23,472 bases of DNA, taken from assembly GCA_963666425.2 (NCBI GenBank), contig CAXXTX010000006.1:1-23472 (forward strand), given 5' to 3'. Positions 8,622 through 15,539 of this stretch are shown one piece after another; position 1 is the first letter of the stretch; each line of letters opens with the position of its first letter. Position numbers and translations under genes: made by a program. This DNA is from Bacillota bacterium (GTDB lineage Bacteria; Bacillota; JAAYKD01). The notes under the pieces are model-generated. The model ran no database searches and was not told where the DNA came from. It saw nothing but the letters and a program-made list of their open reading frames with translations.

Positions 8622-9653
8622 TCAGAGAGCAAAGCTCATCGAAATCGTAAGGGTCTGCGAGTGACCCAGTTCGGGGGAAAGTTCCGGGAAGAAGTCATGC
8701 TGATAGGCCAAGTCGATGGACATCCACTTGGCTGGTGAGACGGCCGCGCCGCACGACCATGAGAAGTGACCCGTCGTATCAACCAGAGAGCCCGCGCGGA
8801 TGAAGATCCCCCGAAACAACTGGTGGTCCACGCCCGCTGAAAAGCGATGAAAATCGGCGTGGCCGGCGTCGGTGTCGGAGATCAGCACCATCTGGTAATC
8901 CGCAAAGATGGTCGAGTCGGGGGCATATTCATAACTGAGGCCCGGCCGAAGGATGAACTGCTCAGTTGTGGACTCCCCCGAGACTTGTTGAAAAGCGGAG
9001 CCGGCGAATACCAGTTGGCGATTGTCATTGAGACTGGCACCGTAGTCAGCAACGATGCCGGTGCGGAGCTTGGGATTGAGCTGATAGAGCACCCCCGCGC
9101 GGAAGTCGATGCCCTCGCTGTCCGTGTGCGCCAAGTCCAGCCCGCTCTGGGCGAAGTTGACTGCGGAGTCCGTGTAGTTGAGGTTAAGGCCAATAGCGAT
9201 GTCAGGCGAGACGCGGATGCCCCATTGAAGTTGGGTAACGTCAGCCTCGAAGTCGAACTCCGGGCCAAGGGCAATCGATGCCTCATTGGACCACACCTGC
9301 GCGGCGGCGGCGAGAAAAGTCCCGGATCGCGGCGACTCCCACGTCAAGGCCTCGCTTGCAATGTAGATGCGGCTGCCCTCGTCGAAGGCGATGGCCGAGA
9401 ACTGCGGAGTGAGGCCGAGCTTCCACTGGCTGGACGCCAGTAGGAACCCCGTGGACGCCGGGTTGACAGAAGTAGCCCACTTGCTGCCGGCTGATGTGTT
9501 GGCCACAGCAGCGACGTCAGCGTAGCCCGCGAACCGTGTAAGTGCGGCCGGCAATCGCAGAGCAAAGTCGGCGTCGTACGAGTCGGCTGCCGCGGATTGA
9601 GATAGTATGCCTGAAGCGATGACACAGATGAAGACGGCGGACCTTGTGAACAT
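8622..9653 (-). CDS. Outer-membrane beta-barrel protein (FadL/PorV-like, family uncertain)
   Basis: Signal peptide ending SAAA, an SVNPA motif in the N-terminal plug-like region, many alternating amphipathic strands (IGLNLNY, FRAGVLYQL, IDLAYQ) and terminal strand LTISMSFAL. AAGGGAG RBS before ATG 9653. Confidence 0.7.
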   Translation of the reverse strand: MFTRSAVFICVIASGILSQSAAADSYDADFALRLPAALTRFAGYADVAAVANTSAGSKWATSVNPASTGFLLASSQWKLGLTPQFSAIAFDEGSRIYIASEALTWESPRSGTFLAAAAQVWSNEASIALGPEFDFEADVTQLQWGIRVSPDIAIGLNLNYTDSAVNFAQSGLDLAHTDSEGIDFRAGVLYQLNPKLRTGIVADYGASLNDNRQLVFAGSAFQQVSGESTTEQFILRPGLSYEYAPDSTIFADYQMVLISDTDAGHADFHRFSAGVDHQLFRGIFIRAGSLVDTTGHFSWSCGAAVSPAKWMSIDLAYQHDFFPELSPELGHSQTLTISMSFAL

Positions 9654-9938
9654 GCGCACTCCCTTCTGATCCGAAGATGCTACAAGTATGCTACCCGCAC
9701 TGCAATCGGGCGCTGCGGGTCTGGATCAGGTCTGTCGCCTCTCCGTCGCCAGTCGCCGGAGGCGGCGCCACTTTGCTTGACAGCCGGCAGCCTCGGCGAT
9801 TACCGTTAATGCAACGGGAATCCAAGGTGTGCCTCTGTTGTCCAATCTGATTGGCTGCCGCGACGATGTTGTTGTGGCCGCCCCGAACGACTCTGAGGAT
9901 GCAACGAAGCTCGCCTTTCAGGTCAACGGGTGACTTCC

Positions 9939-11555
9939 ATGTGGATCGCTCTCCTGGCCGTTGTGGACGCAACCGACGCAACTGGGCTCATTCCGTTTCG
10001 TGCAGTTCCCTTTAATCTGTACTCGATTCCAGACTTGGCAGGCTTTCTGATTAGCGCGGCCGTGGCGATTGTATTCTACCTCCGTCACTTCTTCTTGGGA
10101 CGGCGAAGACTCGACTTCGTATTTGCGACTTGCGTCGCAGGCTCGGCAGGGACATGTCTTGCGATCTTTCTGGCTGACAACGTAGTCCCGGCAAACGTGC
10201 TGTCGAGTCGAGTGCCCCATGCTGCGGAGCTGACCCTGTCGTACGCGCGCGCAACAACGCTTCTCGCACTTGCCTCTCTTACAGGCTTCGTGCATTTCAC
10301 TGAGTGGTATTGGCGTGGCCGGGGCCCATCGTCATGGTTAGTAAACACGACCTACGCCGTCTGCATTGCCTTGTCGCCTCTCATCTGGTCGAACCTGTTT
10401 TTTCTGCGCAAGACGGAACCGGCCAGCCAGTATGGTTCATGGAGTTCCACGGCACCCTGGTGGCCCGACGGTGGCCCGCTGCTCCTTTGTTTTCTCGTGG
10501 AGTCATTGCTGTTTGCGGTGTATTGCCTGTGGCTGCTTTTCAAGAAGGGCGAGCCCCGCCGCGAGAGCGCGTCGCCCAGCCGCTCACGCGCAATCCCTTG
10601 GGCCCTGTTTGTGCTCGTCTGTGGGGGCATCATCGACATCTCGCTCAACAGCGGCGGGTGGACAGGGATCGCGGTGTTCCCTTTTTCGACTGTCGCTTCA
10701 AACCTCATGATCGCGACGGGCTTAACATTGGAGCGACGAGTGATTGACGGGCAACAGCATCAGATGCAAAGAGAGCTATCGCTTGCGGCGAGCATTCAGG
10801 AGCGTCTTCTGAGCCGAGCCCGTCCGGCGATTGCCGGATTCGAGATCTGCGCCTGGAGCAAGCCGGCATCAAAGGTCGGCGGCGATACGTACGATATCTT
10901 TCCCTTGCCGGATGGACGATCGATGATCATGTTGGCCGACGCCAGCGGCCACGGGTTGGCGGCTGCCTTGGTAATCGCCGAGACAAGAGCGTATATCCGC
11001 GCAGTGGCAGTCCATGAGACTGACCCGTCAGGGATCCTGACTCATGTGCAGGAACTGCTCGCGCCAACACTCTCGGGCGCCCAACTCGTGACATGCTTCG
11101 TCGGATTGCTCGATCCGGCCACCGGCGAGTTGACCTACGCGGCGGCCGGCCAGGGGCCAATCCTCTTCGTTGACGGCGCGACGGGCACCGTTGAGCGTGA
11201 GGATGCAGATCGTGTGCCTCTGCTCAATTTCGTCCCAGACCCTCAGGGAGAAACTCGCATCCGGCAGTTGCGCGCGGGTGAAATTCTGTTCGTCCCCAGC
11301 GACGGCTTTTGGGAGGCCCGGAACCACCGTGGGGAGCAGTTCGGCATCGCGCGCCTCACGTGCTTTCTCGAGACAGTGCGCACGGAAGGGGCCGGCATTG
11401 TCGGCGAGCGTGCCCAAGCGGAACTCGGACGTTTTCTCCTGAAACTTGACGCGACCGATGATGTGACCGTCATCGTTGTGCGCCGGATGCCCCAACCTGC
11501 CGCATCAACAGAGGCTGTCGCGCGCCAGTTGAGCACGTCGCCTTCACTGAAGTAA
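9939..11555 (+). CDS. Membrane sensor PP2C/SpoIIE (RsbU-like) serine phosphatase with about 7 N-terminal TM helices
   Basis: RELSLAASIQERLL, VGGDTYD, LADASGHG, AAAGQ, SDGFWEARN, DDVTVIVV: catalytic Asp motifs are present. The N-terminal ~270 aa are hydrophobic. Start uncertain (GTG 9930 or ATG 9939). Confidence 0.88.
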   Translation: MWIALLAVVDATDATGLIPFRAVPFNLYSIPDLAGFLISAAVAIVFYLRHFFLGRRRLDFVFATCVAGSAGTCLAIFLADNVVPANVLSSRVPHAAELTLSYARATTLLALASLTGFVHFTEWYWRGRGPSSWLVNTTYAVCIALSPLIWSNLFFLRKTEPASQYGSWSSTAPWWPDGGPLLLCFLVESLLFAVYCLWLLFKKGEPRRESASPSRSRAIPWALFVLVCGGIIDISLNSGGWTGIAVFPFSTVASNLMIATGLTLERRVIDGQQHQMQRELSLAASIQERLLSRARPAIAGFEICAWSKPASKVGGDTYDIFPLPDGRSMIMLADASGHGLAAALVIAETRAYIRAVAVHETDPSGILTHVQELLAPTLSGAQLVTCFVGLLDPATGELTYAAAGQGPILFVDGATGTVEREDADRVPLLNFVPDPQGETRIRQLRAGEILFVPSDGFWEARNHRGEQFGIARLTCFLETVRTEGAGIVGERAQAELGRFLLKLDATDDVTVIVVRRMPQPAASTEAVARQLSTSPSLK

Positions 11556-11562
11556 TTGAATT

Positions 11563-13251
11563 GGGTGTAACCGGTAGCCCTCGCTGCCTCGCGGGGCACT
11601 GATCCGTGCTTTCTCTGGGGGTTTTCGCGTTGCCGCGCGTCGACAAAATCGCCTCCTTGGGCAAAATCATCGGTCGTCTTGTCAAACTTCCGATGGTTTT
11701 ACGGCAAGGAGGCTCAACCATGTTCCCCACCGCACACCCCGAATGCAACGTCGAATCGGCGTTGAAGCAACTGATCGCACTGGGTCAGTAGCTTACCGCG
11801 GCCGCGGCGGCCGGGACCGCGGAACACCAGGTCGAACGACACCTGTTCAGGCAAATGCTCGCGATGGGAGCTACGCTGCTGGGCGAGTTCTTCAAATCGG
11901 TCGGGCCCGGGGATCTGGGCCCGACGGTGGAACTGAAAAACGGCGACGTGCTCAGGCGGTTGCCGGAGCAGCCCCCGCGGCGGCTGGTCACGGTGTTCGG
12001 CGCGTTTTCCATCCCGCGGTCCGTCTATGGCTCTCGGCCCGGGCAGAAGATCGAGTTGGTTCCGACGGATCAGCGATTGCAGCTTCCCGAGGGCGAGATG
12101 TCATATCTGCTGCAGGACTGGAACCAGATGATGAGCGTGGAACAGCCCTTCGGCACGGTGGCCAAGTCGCTGCAGACGATCCTGGGGCTGAAGCAGTCGG
12201 TCGACACGCTGGAACAGGGCAACCAGCAGATGGCCGGGACGGCCGCTGCTTTTCGAGCCGCACAACCGCCTCCGGGCCCCCAGGCCGAGGGGGAATTGCT
12301 GGTCGTCAGCGAGGACAACAAGGGGATTCCGATGGTCCGTCCGGTGGAGGCCACGCCGGTCGGCGCCCATCTGAAGAAGGGTGAGAAGGCCAACAAGAAG
12401 CAGATGGCGTGCATCGGCGTGGTCTACACGGTGGACCGGCAGGTTCGCACGCCCGAGGAACTGGTGGCGGCGTTGTTCCGCGACCCGGGAAACAAGCGTG
12501 AAAGCCCGACCGAAGCATGCCAGAAGCGCTATTGGGCGGAACTGACGCGCGAGGTGGCCGGCGAGGGGGTGCGTGCTCAGGACGAGGTCTTCAAACACCT
12601 GCGTGAGGAGGTGAAGCAGCGGCGGAAGGAGGGCCAGATCCTGGTGCATCTGAGCGATGGCCAGGCGTCGCTGGAGGAGGACCGCGGGAAGTATCTGCCG
12701 CGGGACCGGAAAACGGTGGACATCCTGGACCTGTTGCACGTGAACCCGCGTCTGTGGGAGGCGGCCCACCTGTTCCACGCCGAAGGCAGCGACGAGGCGA
12801 CCGCGTTCGTCCGCAGGCAAATGCTCCTGGTGCTCAAGGGCAAGGCGAAGCAGGTCATCGACGACCTGCGGCAGGCCGGGGCAAAGCTGCAGGGGGCCAG
12901 GGCCACGCGGCTGAGGAAGCTATGCAAGTTCCTGGAGAAGAACCTGCACCGGATGCGCTATGGCAGGTACCTGCGTGCGGGGTATCCGATCGCCACGGGC
13001 GTGATCGAGGGGGCGTGCCGGCACGTGATCAAGGACCGGATGGAACGAGCGGGGATGCGTTGGAAGATCCCGGGAGCGGAGGCGATGCTGGAACTGCGGA
13101 CGATCCACACGAACGGCGACTGGGACGCATTCCAGAAATACAGGATCGACTCCGAGACCAAGCGTCTGTACCTTCACCCGGAAATCACCCACCCGGAGAT
13201 CACCGCTTGGGCCGCGTGAGGCGTTGAGGCAGCGCGCGAGCGGTTACACCC
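11563..13251 (+). mobile_element. Insertion sequence, ISKra4-like family, 1689 bp
   Basis: Terminal inverted repeats GGGTGTAACCG (11563-11573) / CGGTTACACCC (13241-13251), plus an inner match CGCTGCCTC / GAGGCAGCG, flanking one transposase. Confidence 0.88.
11720..13219 (+). pseudogene. ISKra4-like DDE transposase with an in-frame TAG at codon 24 (11789-11791); downstream ORF 11855-13219 is intact
   Basis: AAGGAGG RBS + ATG 11720 is in the same frame as the 11855 ORF. Motifs SEDNKGIPM, LSDGQ, ILDLLHV and YPIATGVIEGACRHVIKDRMERAGMRW are present. Confidence 0.8.
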
Positions 13252-13312
13252 GTTTTGATATCAGGCCGATTCGCGTCGTGCAGGAAGCCATGCCATCTTC
13301 CGTGGAGATGGC

Positions 13313-14170
13313 ATGAGGACGAGCGTGGAATGCTTCCCCTGTTTCCTGCGTCAGGCATTTGAGGCGATCCGGCAGGTATCGGAGGATCAGGCGCTTCAGG
13401 AACAACTCCTCAGGCAGGTGTGCTATGAGGCTGCCTCCATGGACCTGCGCACCTCGCCGCCCGCCATGGGGCGGTGGATTCATCAGCGGGTTCGAGCGCT
13501 GACAGGCAATGATGATCCGTATGCCGCTATCAAGGAACGGTTCAATCGGCACGCGATGAACCTCTATCCGAATCTCAGAGTACAGGTGGAGAACTCGCCC
13601 GATCCCTTTGCCATGGCGGTGCGGCTGGCGATTGCCGGCAACCGCATCGACTTTGGCATCAACGGCGGCACGACGGAGCAGGAGGTGGCCCGAGTGCTTC
13701 AACAGGCCGTAGCCTGCCCCATTGCCGGTTCGATCGATGCCCTGCGGCGGGCCGTCCAGCAGGCCAGGCGGATTCTGTACCTGGCAGACAATGCCGGCGA
13801 GATCGTCTTCGATCGCCTCTTGCTTGAGCGGTTGCCCCGGCAGAAAGTGACGTTGGCGGTCCGTGGCCGGCCGATCATCAACGACGCGCTGCGCGAAGAT
13901 GCCGTGGCGGCAGGGCTGGAAGGCCTCGTGGAGATCATCGACAACGGGTGTGATGCCCCCGGCACCACCCTGGACGAATGCTCGCCGGCTTTCCGGGAGT
14001 ATTTCGCCGCCGCCGATCTGATCATTGCCAAGGGCCAGGGCAATTACGAGACGCTGGATGAGTTCGCGAGCAAGCGAATCTTCTTCCTGCTGATGGTGAA
14101 ATGCCCGAGGGTCTCCGAAGCCCTAGGCCAGCCGGTGGGGACCTTCGTCGTGCACTGCGCCCGGCAATGA
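13313..14170 (+). CDS. DUF89/ARMT1-like damage-control metal-dependent phosphatase
   Basis: ECFPCFLRQ, DPYAAIK, AIAGNRIDFG, YLADNAGEIVFD, PIINDA, IIAKGQGNYETL, LLMVKC. Confidence 0.92.
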   Translation: MRTSVECFPCFLRQAFEAIRQVSEDQALQEQLLRQVCYEAASMDLRTSPPAMGRWIHQRVRALTGNDDPYAAIKERFNRHAMNLYPNLRVQVENSPDPFAMAVRLAIAGNRIDFGINGGTTEQEVARVLQQAVACPIAGSIDALRRAVQQARRILYLADNAGEIVFDRLLLERLPRQKVTLAVRGRPIINDALREDAVAAGLEGLVEIIDNGCDAPGTTLDECSPAFREYFAAADLIIAKGQGNYETLDEFASKRIFFLLMVKCPRVSEALGQPVGTFVVHCARQ

Positions 14171-14196
14171 AAGGCGGCAGAGCAGGAGAATAGGCG

Positions 14197-14367
14197 ATGG
14201 CACATTGCGAAACGTGCATATTGCGGCGGTATTCCGAGAGGAAGCCGCGGTCAATCCTGTCCAGGCTCTGGCGCTGGCACACCCGCTGGTGCCCCGGATG
14301 GAAAGCCTATCAGCGGCAGTTGGCACAGCAGGCAACGCCGCCACGCGAACAGGATCTGCATCAGTAG
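14197..14367 (+). CDS. Small hypothetical protein, 56 aa, with CxxC and WRWHxxWCPGWKAY motifs
   Basis: Below the ORF-track cutoff. AGGAGA RBS, ATG 14197, TAG 14367: MAHCETCILRRYSERKPRSILSRLWRWHTRWCPGWKAYQRQLAQQATPPREQDLHQ. It fills the gap between two same-strand genes. Confidence 0.75.
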   Translation: MAHCETCILRRYSERKPRSILSRLWRWHTRWCPGWKAYQRQLAQQATPPREQDLHQ

Positions 14368-14381
14368 CACGGGAGGCTGCG

Positions 14382-15335
14382 GTGAATCACCAGTACTCGG
14401 TGGCCATCATCGGGCTCGGCGCATTTTCGCTGGTGCATGCCCGCGCATACTCGATGATACCGCAAGTCAAAGTAGTGGCGGCCCGCGATATCGATCCTGA
14501 ACGCCAGAAGTCGTGGGCGGAGCAGGTGTGCCAGTTCATGCCCGTCGATCGCATGCGCTTCTATGACAGCGCCGAGCGGTTGCTGGATGAGCAACGGCCG
14601 GACCTGGTCTCCATCGTGACTAAACACGATCAGCATGCCCCGCTGACAATCTTGTGCGCCCGGGCGGGAGTCAAAGGGATCCTGTGCGAGAAGCCCATCT
14701 CCACAGACCTGGCCAGCGCCGATGCCGTCATCAAAGCTTGTTCGGCATCGGGGGCCAGGCTGGCCATCGGGCATCAGCGCCGCTTCGATCCGGAATGGCA
14801 GGCGGGGTTGGATCTGATTCGTGCGGGTACGATCGGCAAGGTGTTGTTTACCGTCAGCCGCTGGCCGGACAATAAGAAGGTTCGCCAGTATCGAGTGGCG
14901 GAGTTGGGCGGCGGAGCCCTGATGTGGCTTTCGGTACACTCAGTTGATTTGCTCCCGGAACACTCGATCGTGTTCTACGGCGAAAAAGGCACGGTGCATG
15001 TCTGCGATGGCTATGGCACGCGCTACCGCACCGCATCTCAGCCACGGTGGCAGGAGGTGCCGCTGGATCCGTTGCTGCTGCCTTGGCCGCAGCGATCACT
15101 CAACTCCTGCGTGGCGGAGATTCGCGACCTCATCCAGTGCGTCGAGACCGGCGGCCAGCCACGCTGCTCCGGCGAGGATGGACGGGCCGCCCTGGAAATC
15201 ATCATGGCCATTTACGAGTCCGAGCGCACGGGCGGACCCGTTCAGCTTCCGCTGATCAACCGGCAATCCCCGCTGGCCCAGATGAACCGTGAAGGCGGAT
15301 TTTGGATGATGACTTGGCAGTCCAAGCCAACTTGA
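14382..15335 (+). CDS. Gfo/Idh/MocA family oxidoreductase, probably with an in-frame internal deletion
   Basis: VAIIGLG, ILCEKP, IGHQRRF, GGGALMWLSVHSVDL, SGEDGRAALEIIMAIYES. GGGAGG RBS before GTG 14382. Confidence 0.82.
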   Translation: MNHQYSVAIIGLGAFSLVHARAYSMIPQVKVVAARDIDPERQKSWAEQVCQFMPVDRMRFYDSAERLLDEQRPDLVSIVTKHDQHAPLTILCARAGVKGILCEKPISTDLASADAVIKACSASGARLAIGHQRRFDPEWQAGLDLIRAGTIGKVLFTVSRWPDNKKVRQYRVAELGGGALMWLSVHSVDLLPEHSIVFYGEKGTVHVCDGYGTRYRTASQPRWQEVPLDPLLLPWPQRSLNSCVAEIRDLIQCVETGGQPRCSGEDGRAALEIIMAIYESERTGGPVQLPLINRQSPLAQMNREGGFWMMTWQSKPT

Positions 15336-15539
15336 ACAGCACGACGGGCTTGATCGCGATGACCCGTTTTCGATGGGGCTGGAAGCATCGGCGTTCGATT
15401 TGCCTTGGAGTCGTCCATACGATTTGTCTGTCTGCCTGGCCTGTGCGCGCTGCGCGCCGCAAATCCGCCGCCGGGAACCGGCCCTCGCCCGCGAGCAGCA
15501 TCTCGCGTCAGACCTGGGTGGAACCGGAGGATCGTCACG

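Noticed and set aside
11789-11791. Genome-wide TAG recoding or pyrrolysine as explanation of the transposase amber
   Set aside because: TAG terminates several genes at natural C-termini here (antiterminator, ligase, STAS), and no pyl genes are in the window.
15343-15370. Possible terminator after the Gfo/Idh/MocA gene (ACGGG...CCCGT TTT)
   Set aside because: Short stem with a large imperfect loop, too weak to call.
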